This document shows positions 9,162-18,435 of a stretch of 32,000 nt of DNA, piece after piece. Both the position numbers and the translations under genes were made by a program. Below the pieces are notes generated by a model. The model was not told the origin of the DNA, did not search any database, and worked only from the letters and a program-made list of their open reading frames with translations. Each line of letters begins with the position of its first letter. Position 1 is the first letter of the stretch. Origin of the DNA: Candidatus Omnitrophota bacterium (GTDB taxonomy: Bacteria > Omnitrophota > Gorgyraeia > Duberdicusellales > 4484-171); contig JAIPHU010000001.1 in NCBI GenBank assembly GCA_021735045.1, positions 1 to 32,000 of the forward strand, read 5' to 3'.

Positions 9162-10109
9162 ATGGATAAGTTAGTAGTTTTTGGTGGTAGTGCTAATAGT
9201 CCTTTGGCTGAGAAAATTTGTAAAAATTTAAATACAGAACCAGCTAAGGCGCAAATTTCACGTTTTAGTGACGGTGAGGTACGGGTTCAGCTAAAAGAAA
9301 ATGTAAGAGGAAAAGATGTTTTTTTAATTCAATCAACTTGTCCGCCGGTTAATGAAAATTTAATGGAATTGTTGGTTATGCTTGATGCCACCAGGCGCGC
9401 TTCAGCTCAAAGGATAACAGCTGTAATTCCTTATTTTGGTTATGCTCGTCAAGATAGAAAAGATAGGCCCAGAGTACCAATTACTGCAAAGTTAGTGGCT
9501 AATATTTTAGCAAGTTCTGGGGCCGATAGGGTATTAACTTTAGATTTACATGCTGGCCAGATCCAGGGTTTTTTTGATATTCCCTTGGATCACCTATATG
9601 CAATTAATGTTTTTTTCGAATATTTTAAAAAAAACAAAATAAAGGATTTAGTAATTGTTTCTCCAGATGTAGGTGGAATTAAGATGGCTAGAGCTTATGC
9701 CAAGCGCTTTAGTGCAGATTTGGCAATTGTGGATAAAAGGCGCAAATCGCCTGAGTCAACTGAAGTAATGCATATTTTAGGTAATGTTGCCGGTAAAAAC
9801 GTATTGTTGGTAGATGATATAATCGCAACTGGTTCATCACTAGTTAATGGGGCAGCTGCATTAAAGAAGCAAGGAGCTAAGAATATCTTTGCTGCTATAA
9901 GTCATGGAATTCTATCTAATAATGCAACTGATAAATTAAAAGATTCTGACATAGACTCATTGGTTATAACTGATTCAATTCCTTTAGGAGAAGATAAAAA
10001 AAGAGATAAAATAAAAGTTGTTTCTGTGGATAATCTTTTTGCAGAAGCTATTAAAAGAATTCATTTTGAAAAATCGATAAGCGTTCTTTTTGATTCAATA
10101 GGAGGATAA
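9162..10109 (+). CDS. prs: Ribose-phosphate pyrophosphokinase
   Basis: DLHAGQIQGFFDIP, VSPDVGG and the LVDDIIATGSS PRPP-binding loop. Confidence 0.95.
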   Translation: MDKLVVFGGSANSPLAEKICKNLNTEPAKAQISRFSDGEVRVQLKENVRGKDVFLIQSTCPPVNENLMELLVMLDATRRASAQRITAVIPYFGYARQDRKDRPRVPITAKLVANILASSGADRVLTLDLHAGQIQGFFDIPLDHLYAINVFFEYFKKNKIKDLVIVSPDVGGIKMARAYAKRFSADLAIVDKRRKSPESTEVMHILGNVAGKNVLLVDDIIATGSSLVNGAAALKKQGAKNIFAAISHGILSNNATDKLKDSDIDSLVITDSIPLGEDKKRDKIKVVSVDNLFAEAIKRIHFEKSISVLFDSIGG

Positions 10110-10110
10110 G

Positions 10111-10827
10111 ATGGAGAGAGCCAAAATAGAGGTAAAAAAACGTACCGATAAAGGCAAGCAAGCCGTTAAACGGTTAAGAGCAGAGGGTTCTATCCCAGCC
10201 ATAGTGTATGGTAAAGATATAAGTTCTGCAGTTACTGTTTCTTCAGAAGGATTTAAAACTTTAAGAGATATGCATTTTTCTGAGAGTACCGTTATAGATT
10301 TGTTTATTTCAGGGGAGAAGAAATCAGAATCAATCCCGGTATTGATTAAAGATGTTCAATACCATCCTTTAACCGACAAAGTTATTCACATAGATTTACT
10401 CCAGGTGTCTTTGAAAGAAAAGATTACAGTTCATATTCCGGTTGTTTTAAAAGGAGAGGCAAAAGGAAAAGAAGAGGGTGCTGTACTTGAACAAATATTA
10501 AGAGAGATAGAGGTAGAAGGCCTGCCTTTAAGTATTCCGGAAGATATTGAAGTTGATATATCCGGCCTGGAGATAGGGCATTCACTTCATGTTGCTGATC
10601 TTCAGCCTCCTGCTGATATTGCAATTGTAACCGAGCCTGAATCAACCGTTGCAACCTTGGTGGTTAAAAAAGAAGAGGAAGAAGAGGAAGAGGAGTTGGC
10701 AGAAGAAGCGCCTACAGAGCCTGAAGTCATAAAAGAAAAGAAGGAAGGCGAAGAGCCGGCTGAGGCAAAAGAAGATAAAGAAGCAGAGAAGCCAGAAGCA
10801 AAGAAAGAAGAAGGTAAAAAAGAATAA
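10111..10827 (+). CDS. rplY: 50S ribosomal protein L25 / general stress protein Ctc, with an acidic E/K-rich tail
   Basis: RLRAEGSIPAIVYGK motif, a Ctc-type two-domain length, and its position between prs and pth. Confidence 0.9.
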   Translation: MERAKIEVKKRTDKGKQAVKRLRAEGSIPAIVYGKDISSAVTVSSEGFKTLRDMHFSESTVIDLFISGEKKSESIPVLIKDVQYHPLTDKVIHIDLLQVSLKEKITVHIPVVLKGEAKGKEEGAVLEQILREIEVEGLPLSIPEDIEVDISGLEIGHSLHVADLQPPADIAIVTEPESTVATLVVKKEEEEEEEELAEEAPTEPEVIKEKKEGEEPAEAKEDKEAEKPEAKKEEGKKE

Positions 10828-10829
10828 AG

Positions 10830-11402
10830 TTGAAAATTATAGTTGGACTCGGTAATCCCGGTAAGAAATATTCTGAGAATAGGCATAATATAGGTTTTAA
10901 AGTAGTTGATCAGTTAGCTTGTAAATATAAAGTAAAATTAAAACGGACTATTCGCCAAAAAGCTTGGCTGGGTGAACTAAAAATAGATTTCGATAGTTTT
11001 TTGCTGGTTAAGCCTAAAACTTATATGAATAATTCTGGTCTTTGTGTGGGCAGAGTTTTGGCGAAATACAAAGTTCCAAGACAAGATTTGTTAGTTGTTT
11101 ATGATGATGTTGATCTAAATTTGGGAACTTTACGGATTAAAAAAAGTGGTTCTTCAGGGGGCCATAAAGGGATAGCCTCGATTATTGACATTTTAGGAAC
11201 AAAAGAAATCAATCGTTTAAGGGTTGGAGTTGGCCGGCCAACTTTTGGTAGAGGTGGCCCTAACCGGCCTCTTACTGATTTTGTTTTATCTAACTTTTCA
11301 AGTGAAGAAAAAAAACAGCTTAAAGAAGTTATTAAAGAGGCGGCAGAAATTTCATTGAAATGGTTTGAGGATAGACAAGAAAAAACTATTAAAATTAGTT
11401 AA
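10830..11402 (+). CDS. pth: Peptidyl-tRNA hydrolase
   Basis: TTG start; KIIVGLGNPGKKYSENRHNIGF signature. Confidence 0.93.
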   Translation: MKIIVGLGNPGKKYSENRHNIGFKVVDQLACKYKVKLKRTIRQKAWLGELKIDFDSFLLVKPKTYMNNSGLCVGRVLAKYKVPRQDLLVVYDDVDLNLGTLRIKKSGSSGGHKGIASIIDILGTKEINRLRVGVGRPTFGRGGPNRPLTDFVLSNFSSEEKKQLKEVIKEAAEISLKWFEDRQEKTIKIS

Positions 11403-11407
11403 TTGAT

Positions 11408-11492
11408 ATCAACGAATTACAAATCAGTTACGAATATACGGATAAATATTTATAGAATTCGTAAATTAGTATGGATTCGTATGTTCGTTGAT
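11408..11492. repeat. Long imperfect palindrome built from ACGAAT/ATTCGT units (element E1), upstream of rpsF
   Basis: Outer stem atcaacgaa (11408-16) / ttcgttgat (11484-92). Inner stem ttacgaat (11428-35) / attcgtaa (11457-64). Central AT palindrome ataaatatttat. Four ACRRAT units on the left arm and four RTTMGT units on the right. Shares cgaatatacg and its end motifs with 29121-29232. Confidence 0.7.
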
Positions 11493-11520
11493 GGTAGAAA
11501 GTGACAAAAACGGAGGAAAT

Positions 11521-11874
11521 ATGGAGCGCAATTATGAATGCATGCTTATTTTAAGACCTGACTTACCAGAACCAGATAGAGAAAAAATTGCCGGTGAGAT
11601 CGGGAAAAAAATTGAAGAGTTAAAGGGGCAAGTAAAGAAGTCTGTGCTATGGCGGAGTTTAAGAGACTTTCATTATTTTTTAAGAAGTAAAGGAGCCGAA
11701 CGGACGAAATACTATAAGGGTTCTTATTGGTTGATTGAGTTTTTCTTACCTACAGAAAATCTTGATGAGTTAAAAGAAACGATAAGGCTTGAAGAAGGTA
11801 TATTGAGAAGTCTTGTTTTGAATAAAGAGAGTGATAAGATTAAAATAGAACAGGAGAAAGTACAAGCTAGTTAA
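11521..11874 (+). CDS. rpsF: 30S ribosomal protein S6
   Basis: The ORF track starts at 11488. I prefer the ATG at 11521, preceded by GGAGG at 11512-16. MERNYECMLILRPDL is the canonical S6 N-terminus. Confidence 0.92.
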   Translation: MERNYECMLILRPDLPEPDREKIAGEIGKKIEELKGQVKKSVLWRSLRDFHYFLRSKGAERTKYYKGSYWLIEFFLPTENLDELKETIRLEEGILRSLVLNKESDKIKIEQEKVQAS

Positions 11875-11909
11875 TTAGTAACTGGTTCATGGTTGATGGC
11901 TCACTCTGT

Positions 11910-11935
11910 ATAGCGCAAAGCGCTTAGCGCTATGC
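11910..11935. repeat. AGCGC-heptad palindromic element, copy 1
   Basis: agcgcaa agcgctt agcgcta, with stem atagcgc/gcgctat. The 24-mer at 11912-11935 is the exact reverse complement of 28329-28352. Confidence 0.8.
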
Positions 11936-11974
11936 ACTTTGCTCTAAGCTAACTGTTAATAGGAGGGTTTATCA

Positions 11975-12397
11975 ATGGTAAGTTTGAATAAAGTATTTTT
12001 GGTAGGAAATTTAACTAGGGACCCGGAATTACGTTATACCCCAGGAGGAACGCCGGTTGCTACTTTAGGATTAGCGGTAAATAGGACCTATAAAAGTAAA
12101 GATGGCCAAAATCAGCAAGATACTTGTTTTTTGAATGTGGTAGTTTGGAGTCAAATGGCAGAAGTTTCTAACCAATATCTTCAAAAGGGAAGCCCGGTTT
12201 TAATCGAAGGAAGATTACAGTCGCGGAGTTGGGAGAATTCAGAAAAACAACGCAGGACTACGATTGAAGTTGTGGCTAGTAGGGTGCAGTTTTTACCTCA
12301 GAGAAGATCTCGGGATCAAGAAGAACCAAAAGGAAAAGATACTGAAAAAGTAGTTAATTTAGATGATGAAGATAATAATCTAGGAGAGGCGATATAA
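11975..12397 (+). CDS. ssb: Single-stranded DNA-binding protein
   Basis: OB-fold N-terminus [21 protein letters not shown], and its position between rpsF and rpsR. Confidence 0.93.
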   Translation: MVSLNKVFLVGNLTRDPELRYTPGGTPVATLGLAVNRTYKSKDGQNQQDTCFLNVVVWSQMAEVSNQYLQKGSPVLIEGRLQSRSWENSEKQRRTTIEVVASRVQFLPQRRSRDQEEPKGKDTEKVVNLDDEDNNLGEAI

Positions 12398-12398
12398 T

Positions 12399-12641
12399 AT
12401 GGCTAAAAAAAGTAAAAAAAGCAGACAAAAAATAACTCGTTTTAAAAAAAATTGCATATTTTGTAAAAAAGGATTAGAGATTGACTATAAAGATATAGAT
12501 TTGATAAAAAGATATCTTACTAATCGAGGCAAAATAAAGTCACGCCGAATTACCGGAGTTTGTGCAAAACATCAACGTAAGTTAACCAAAGAGGTCCAAA
12601 GAGCAAGATTCCTGAATTTGGTACCTTATGTAGTTAAATAA
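12399..12641 (+). CDS. rpsR: 30S ribosomal protein S18
   Basis: CIFCKK...IDYKD...LKRYL...GKI..RRITG.CAKHQR pattern. Confidence 0.95.
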   Translation: MAKKSKKSRQKITRFKKNCIFCKKGLEIDYKDIDLIKRYLTNRGKIKSRRITGVCAKHQRKLTKEVQRARFLNLVPYVVK

Positions 12642-12654
12642 GGGGGTCGATTTA

Positions 12655-13104
12655 ATGAAAGTTATTCTCTTAGATAATAACATGGAAAAGTTAGGAAAAG
12701 AGGGAGATGTTGTTGAAGTTAAAGACGGTTATGGCCGCAACTATCTTATTCCTAATAAGTTAGCTTTGTTAGCTACAAAAGCAAATTTAAAAAAAGTCGA
12801 TCAGCTGAAACAAGAAAGAACCAAGAAAGAAGAAAAACAAAAACAGAGCTTGATGGATTTAAAAGATAAACTTGAAGGTTTGTCTCTGACAGTTACTACC
12901 GAAGCAAAAGACGATGACACCCTTTATGGTAATATCGGGCAGCTACAGATTATAAAATTGTTAAAAGAAAAGCAGGAAATAGAGCTACCCAAAGAGAAAC
13001 TATCTTTACAAGAGCCTATCGATAAACTAGGTGTTTATAAGATCCCCATAAAGATAGATAAAGACCTAGAAGCAAATCTGCGCTTGTGGGTTGTTAGAAA
13101 ATAA
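12655..13104 (+). CDS. rplI: 50S ribosomal protein L9
   Basis: MKVILL....LGK.GDVVEVKDGYGRNYLIP signature. Confidence 0.95.
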   Translation: MKVILLDNNMEKLGKEGDVVEVKDGYGRNYLIPNKLALLATKANLKKVDQLKQERTKKEEKQKQSLMDLKDKLEGLSLTVTTEAKDDDTLYGNIGQLQIIKLLKEKQEIELPKEKLSLQEPIDKLGVYKIPIKIDKDLEANLRLWVVRK

Positions 13105-13113
13105 AATAAGTTT

Positions 13114-14454
13114 ATGGATTTAGGAAACCCCACTCAAAATATAAGCAAGATTCCTCCCCAAAACATTGAAGCAGAAATGGCCACTTTAGGGGCCATGCTT
13201 TTAAATGAAAAGGTCATCTCTGAAATTGTCGAGATCACTGATTCAGCTTTCTTTTATAAAAAAGAGCATAGAATAATTTTTGACACAATTATTGAGCTTT
13301 ATGACAAACGGACAAAGATAGATGTTCTTACGGTTTCGGAAAGTTTGCGTAAAAAGAATGTTTTAGAAGAGGTTGGCGGGGCCGCTCAACTTACTGCTTT
13401 AGCTGATTTTGTGCCTTCTTCAGCTAATGCCGCAAACTATGCACGTATTGTCAAAGAAAAAGGAATTTTACGATCTTTGATTGAAAATTCTTCTGAAATT
13501 ATATCTTTAAGCTATAAAGGCCAAGAAGAAATAAGCGCTTTATTGGATAAAGCCGAGAAGTTAATCTTTGATATTAGTGATCGCCGAGTTGAAGGTGGTT
13601 ATGTTCACATAAAAGATATAATTAAAGATGGGATTGAGTTAATTGAGTCACTTTATCATAAAAAATCTCATGTGACAGGTGTTCCTACTGGATTTCGTGA
13701 TTTTGATTTAAAAACTGCTGGGTTTCAAAAAGGTGATTTAATTATTGTTGCCGGTAGGCCTTCAATGGGGAAAAGTGCTCTGGTAACCTCTATCACTGGC
13801 CATGTCGCGATCAATAAAAAGATTCCTGTAGGTATTTTTAGTTTAGAGATGTCAAAGGAACAGCTTATGCAGCGCTTTTTATGTGCAGAAGCCAAGGTAG
13901 AAGTAAATAGGGTAAGAACCGGTTTTCTTTCTCCTTCTGAATGGCCTAGTTTAACTGCAGCGGCTGGTAAATTATCTGAGGCCCCGATTTATATTGATGA
14001 TACACCAGCAATGAACATTTTTGAAATTAGAGCTAAGGCAAGAAGGCTTAAGGCACATCATGATATACAGCTTATTTTGGTTGACTATCTTCAATTGATT
14101 AGAGGGGCCGGTAGAACCGAAAGCCGTCAACAGGAGATATCAAAGATATCGCAAGGCTTAAAGGCTTTAGCTAAAGAGTTAAATATTCCTTTGATTGCAG
14201 TAAGTCAGCTTTCTCGAGCTGTTGAGTCTAGAGAAGGCCACAGGCCTAAACTTTCCGACTTACGTGAGTCAGGAGCTATAGAGCAAGATGCTGATCTAGT
14301 CGTACTTCTTTTTCGTCAAGAGTACTATCAACCTGATGAAGAAAATAAAGGCATAGCTGAGGCGATTATTGCCAAACAAAGAAATGGCCCGGTGGGGACT
14401 ATAAGTTTAGCGTTTTTAAAAGAATATATGAGATTTGCTGATTTAGCAAAATAA
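13114..14454 (+). CDS. dnaB: Replicative DNA helicase
   Basis: PPQNIEAE..LGAML N-terminus, Walker A GRPSMGKSAL, VDYLQLI, and SQLSRAVE.R....P..SDLRESG.IEQDAD. Confidence 0.95.
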   Translation: MDLGNPTQNISKIPPQNIEAEMATLGAMLLNEKVISEIVEITDSAFFYKKEHRIIFDTIIELYDKRTKIDVLTVSESLRKKNVLEEVGGAAQLTALADFVPSSANAANYARIVKEKGILRSLIENSSEIISLSYKGQEEISALLDKAEKLIFDISDRRVEGGYVHIKDIIKDGIELIESLYHKKSHVTGVPTGFRDFDLKTAGFQKGDLIIVAGRPSMGKSALVTSITGHVAINKKIPVGIFSLEMSKEQLMQRFLCAEAKVEVNRVRTGFLSPSEWPSLTAAAGKLSEAPIYIDDTPAMNIFEIRAKARRLKAHHDIQLILVDYLQLIRGAGRTESRQQEISKISQGLKALAKELNIPLIAVSQLSRAVESREGHRPKLSDLRESGAIEQDADLVVLLFRQEYYQPDEENKGIAEAIIAKQRNGPVGTISLAFLKEYMRFADLAK

Positions 14455-14498
14455 AAGGGGGTTTGACTTTGGAAAATAAAGCGTCTATAATATTTTTT

Positions 14499-16790
14499 AT
14501 GAAAAAAATAGTTTTTACTTTTATTTTTTTAGGGTTATTGGTTATTTCTTTATCCGGCTATACTCAAGATGCAATTTCTCAGATTCAAATAGAGGGAAAT
14601 GATCTAGTCAGTGACGCAAAGATAGTTTCGGAAATTAAAGTTAAAGCCGGCCAGCCTTTTAACGAAAATATAGTTAATGAAGATATCAAAAATCTTTATC
14701 AGACCGGATTTTTCCAAGAAGTATCTACAGAAACTAAAAAAGGTGATCAGGGCTTGGTATTGATATTTAAAGTAAAAGAAAAACCAGTAGTAAATAAAAT
14801 AACTATTGAAGGCCAAAGGTATATTCGAAAAAAACATATTCTTGATGAAATTAGCTTAAATGAAGGTAGCTTTGTTGATGATTATCGGATGAATCAGGCA
14901 GTTAAAAAAATTGAAGACCTTTATACTAAAAAAGGTTTTTCTCAGGCAGTAATAGACTATCAATTAATACCAACTCAAGACCAAAAAGTAGATGTTAAAT
15001 TTAGTATAACTGAAAAAGGTGTAGTTAAGGTAAGATCAGTTAAGATTAAGGGAAATAAAAGTTTTTCTGATGATCGAATTAAGAAATTAATGAAAACTCG
15101 CAGGGCTTGGTTATTTAACAAAGGTATATTTAAAGAAGAAGTGTTTGAAGATGACTTAAAAAGAATAAAAGGTTTTTATCAACATAATGGTTTTACCGAT
15201 GTTTCTGTTGATTCAGAGGTTGATTTTAGAAAAAAAGGTGTTTATATAAATTTAACTATTAATCAAGGTAAAAAGTATTATATAGGAAAAATTGAGATTA
15301 CTGGTAATAAAGAGATTGATACTGCAAAAATTCGTAAAAAATTAACAATTGCAAAGGGCGATGTTTTTAGTAAAGAAGCGGTTTATCAAGGCTCGTCTCA
15401 GATTAGGCAGCTGTATGTAGATAAGGGGTATATTTTTGCTCAAGCTGAACCGGTTAGTGTTTTGAATCCAGAGACAAAAAAGATTGATATAACTTATGAT
15501 ATTACTGAAAGCCATATTGCTTATGTTGAAGATATTCAAATAAAAGGAAACGAAAAAACAAAAGGTGAGGTTATAAGAAGAGAGTTAAAAGTTTATCCCG
15601 GCGAAAAGTTTGATGGTGAAAAAATGCGGGAAAGCAAGCAAGATTTAGAGAACTTGGGGTTTTTTGAAGATATAAGATTTCGAACTGAGCCTGGCTCAGA
15701 AAAAGATAAGGTGGACTTAGTTGTAGACGTAACTGAAGCAAAAACTGGTTATTTTAGCTTTGGCGGCGGTTATAGTTCTATTGAAGAGTTTATTGGGTTT
15801 GTTGAGCTGCGTCAAAGAAATTTTGATTATCAAAACTGGCAAACATTTACCGGTGCTGGGCAAGATTTGACTCTAAAAGCCAGCCTGGGAACGCTTACCA
15901 GCCGTTACCAGTTAAGTTTTACTAATCCTTGGATCTTTGATCAGCCGATATCTTTTGGTTTTGATGCTTACAAAAAAGGCCATGACCAGGATGATGATGT
16001 TGGTTATGCTTATTCAGAAGATATAACCGGCGGAGCTTTGCGTTTAGGCAAAGAATTTACCGATAAACTTAGCGGAAGAGTCCTCTATAGGTTTGAAAAT
16101 GTAGATATCAGTGATGTAGTAAGTGATGCAAGTCAAGATTTAAAAGATGAAGCCGGCAGTAATAATTTAAGCAGCACTGAACTGTCGATAGCTTATGATA
16201 CCAGAGATAACATTTTTTCACCGAGCAAAGGGGTTTATTTTTCTAATTCGCTGCAGTTAACAGGAAGTTTTTTAGGCGGAGACAAGAATTTTACAAAATT
16301 CTTTAGCAGATTAAGCCTTTATTTTCCTATGGTCAATGATTCTGTGGTTGAGACCCGGTTTAAGGTAGGTTTTGCAGATCCATTTTCAGATACAGACAAG
16401 GTTCCTATTTATGAGCGGTTTTTTGCTGGAGGTGCCTCAACCATTCGAGGTTATCGGGAGAGAAAAGTAGGACCGATTGATAAGGGTAATAGTGACGATC
16501 CTCTTGGTGGTGAAGCTTTATTTGTAGCTAACTTCGAATACACTTATCCCTTAGCTGATTTTTTAAAGGTGGCAACCTTTTATGATATCGGTAATGTTTG
16601 GTCTAAAAACGATGATTTTTTTAAGGATGAAGGAGGGCGTGAAGCTTTATATTCTAGTATAGGTATAGGCTTAAGAGTTAAGACTCCAATTGGGCCGGTA
16701 AGCGTAGACTATGGCTGGCCGTTAGATAAAGAACCGGGTGAAGATGGAAAAGAAGGTAGATTTCATTTTAGCGTAAGCAGAGGCTTTTAA
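14499..16790 (+). CDS. bamA: Outer membrane protein assembly factor BamA
   Basis: The ORF track starts at 14463. The ATG at 14499 gives MKKIVFTFIFL, a signal peptide. Repeated POTRA-like modules precede a C-terminal beta-barrel that ends in F. Confidence 0.9.
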   Translation: MKKIVFTFIFLGLLVISLSGYTQDAISQIQIEGNDLVSDAKIVSEIKVKAGQPFNENIVNEDIKNLYQTGFFQEVSTETKKGDQGLVLIFKVKEKPVVNKITIEGQRYIRKKHILDEISLNEGSFVDDYRMNQAVKKIEDLYTKKGFSQAVIDYQLIPTQDQKVDVKFSITEKGVVKVRSVKIKGNKSFSDDRIKKLMKTRRAWLFNKGIFKEEVFEDDLKRIKGFYQHNGFTDVSVDSEVDFRKKGVYINLTINQGKKYYIGKIEITGNKEIDTAKIRKKLTIAKGDVFSKEAVYQGSSQIRQLYVDKGYIFAQAEPVSVLNPETKKIDITYDITESHIAYVEDIQIKGNEKTKGEVIRRELKVYPGEKFDGEKMRESKQDLENLGFFEDIRFRTEPGSEKDKVDLVVDVTEAKTGYFSFGGGYSSIEEFIGFVELRQRNFDYQNWQTFTGAGQDLTLKASLGTLTSRYQLSFTNPWIFDQPISFGFDAYKKGHDQDDDVGYAYSEDITGGALRLGKEFTDKLSGRVLYRFENVDISDVVSDASQDLKDEAGSNNLSSTELSIAYDTRDNIFSPSKGVYFSNSLQLTGSFLGGDKNFTKFFSRLSLYFPMVNDSVVETRFKVGFADPFSDTDKVPIYERFFAGGASTIRGYRERKVGPIDKGNSDDPLGGEALFVANFEYTYPLADFLKVATFYDIGNVWSKNDDFFKDEGGREALYSSIGIGLRVKTPIGPVSVDYGWPLDKEPGEDGKEGRFHFSVSRGF

Positions 16791-16854
16791 AGGATAAAGG
16801 TTAAAGGTAATTGAGGTATTCGCTAAATAATAACATTTTTAATGGAGGTTTGTG

Positions 16855-17358
16855 ATGAGAAAGTTTTTGGGGATTATTTTAGCAGCAGTAGTTGTTCTCA
16901 GTTTTAGTGTGTGTGGTTTTGCTGCAGATTTAAAAATTGGTTATGTTGATACAATTGAAGTTTTTAATGAGTATCAAAGGACAAAAGAACAAGATAAACA
17001 GCTAGAAGCAAAAAAAGAAAAAGCTCAGGAAAGTTTAAAAACAAAAGAAAAAGAGATACAAAAGATACAAAGTAAATTAGAAGTATTAAAGGAAGACCAA
17101 AAAGAAGCAGAAAGAGCTAAGCTGCAAGAAAAGATGCAAGAATATAGAGATATACGCCAAAAAGAGTTTACCGACATAAAAAAAGAAAGAGATGAGATGA
17201 TGAAAGAGATTATAGATGATATCGATCAAACAGTTAAGAATTATGCCAAGAAAAATAATTATGATTTAGTGGTTAATGGCAATAGTGTTTTATACGGCAT
17301 AGAAAGTAAAGATTTGACCGACAAAATTCTTAAAATCATCAATAATAAATATAAATAA
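16855..17358 (+). CDS. skp: OmpH/Skp family periplasmic chaperone
   Basis: ATG at 16855, 6 nt after GGAGG (16844-48). Signal peptide followed by a K/E-rich coiled coil. Canonical position between bamA and lpxD. Confidence 0.85.
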   Translation: MRKFLGIILAAVVVLSFSVCGFAADLKIGYVDTIEVFNEYQRTKEQDKQLEAKKEKAQESLKTKEKEIQKIQSKLEVLKEDQKEAERAKLQEKMQEYRDIRQKEFTDIKKERDEMMKEIIDDIDQTVKNYAKKNNYDLVVNGNSVLYGIESKDLTDKILKIINNKYK

Positions 17359-17403
17359 AAAGACTAATTTTTACAGATTAAGCTAATAAAACTATTAAGA
17401 TAG

Positions 17404-18435
17404 ATGAACTATAAGCTTTCGCAAATAAGTGAAATAGTAGGGGGAGAACTTTCGGGTAATCCAGATATTATTATTACCGGAATATCAGGGATCAAACAAG
17501 CCAAAGAAGGTGATATAACTTTTTTAGCTAACCCTAAATATTCTTCTTTACTAAATTCTACGGGAGCTTCTGCAGTTATTACTTCACGAGATATTTCTTC
17601 ATCTCGGCCGGTAATTAAAACCGACAATCCATCTGTTGCTTTTGCTAAAGTGGTTGATTTAGTTGTGGGCCAAAGCTGTAGCCACCCTCAAGGAATAAGT
17701 GCAAAGTCAATTGTAGATAAAGGGGCAAAAATAGCAGATTCTGTTTCTATAGGGCCTTTTACTTTTATTGCAGAAGGAGCAGAAGTAGGAGAAGGTTCGA
17801 TTATCTATGGCGGCTGTTTTATCGGCCATAAGGTAAAGGTTGGTAAAAATTGCTTGGTCTATCCAAATACTACTATTCGGGAGAAAACAGAGATTGGCAA
17901 TAAGGTTATAATTCATTCAGGAACAGTTATTGGCAGTGATGGTTTTGGTTTTGAGCTTAGCGATGGTTCCAGAAAAAAAATACCTCAGATTGGGATAGTT
18001 AAGATTGAGGATAATGTAGAAATCGGAGCTAATGTTACAATTGATCGAGCTCGTTTTGATAAAACAACTATTGGTAAGGGTACAAAGATTGATAATTTAG
18101 TTCAAATCGCCCATAATGTTACAATTGGAAAAAATTGTATCATTATTGCTCAAGTAGGGATATCAGGCAGTACGGTTGTAGAAGAGGGTGCTATTTTAGC
18201 GGGTCAAGCTGGTATTGTTGGCCATATTAAAATTGGCCGGCAAGCTGTTGTTGGAGCCCAAGCTGGAGTAACTAAGTCTGTTCCTGCTGAAACTAAAGTT
18301 TCTGGATATCCGGCAAAGCCTCATAGACAGGCTGCTAAAATTAATGCTTGTATCCAAAAATTACCGGAACTTAATAAGAAGGTTAAACAATTAGAAGATA
18401 AGATAAAATCGCTAGAAGAGAGCCAAAAAAAATGA
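17404..18435 (+). CDS. lpxD: UDP-3-O-acylglucosamine N-acyltransferase
   Basis: [13 protein letters not shown]-terminal domain, then a long hexapeptide-repeat beta-helix and a C-terminal helix. Confidence 0.92.
   Translation: MNYKLSQISEIVGGELSGNPDIIITGISGIKQAKEGDITFLANPKYSSLLNSTGASAVITSRDISSSRPVIKTDNPSVAFAKVVDLVVGQSCSHPQGISAKSIVDKGAKIADSVSIGPFTFIAEGAEVGEGSIIYGGCFIGHKVKVGKNCLVYPNTTIREKTEIGNKVIIHSGTVIGSDGFGFELSDGSRKKIPQIGIVKIEDNVEIGANVTIDRARFDKTTIGKGTKIDNLVQIAHNVTIGKNCIIIAQVGISGSTVVEEGAILAGQAGIVGHIKIGRQAVVGAQAGVTKSVPAETKVSGYPAKPHRQAAKINACIQKLPELNKKVKQLEDKIKSLEESQKK

Noticed and set aside
10602-10886. 94-aa minus-strand ORF
   Set aside because: It is antisense to the E/K tail of L25 and the start of pth, the same artefact as above.
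11488-11520. N-terminal extension of rpsF (MMVESDKNGGN)
   Set aside because: GGAGG at 11512-16 is correctly spaced for the ATG at 11521, and MERNYE... matches the usual S6 N-terminus. The extension would also overlap the right end of the E1 palindrome.
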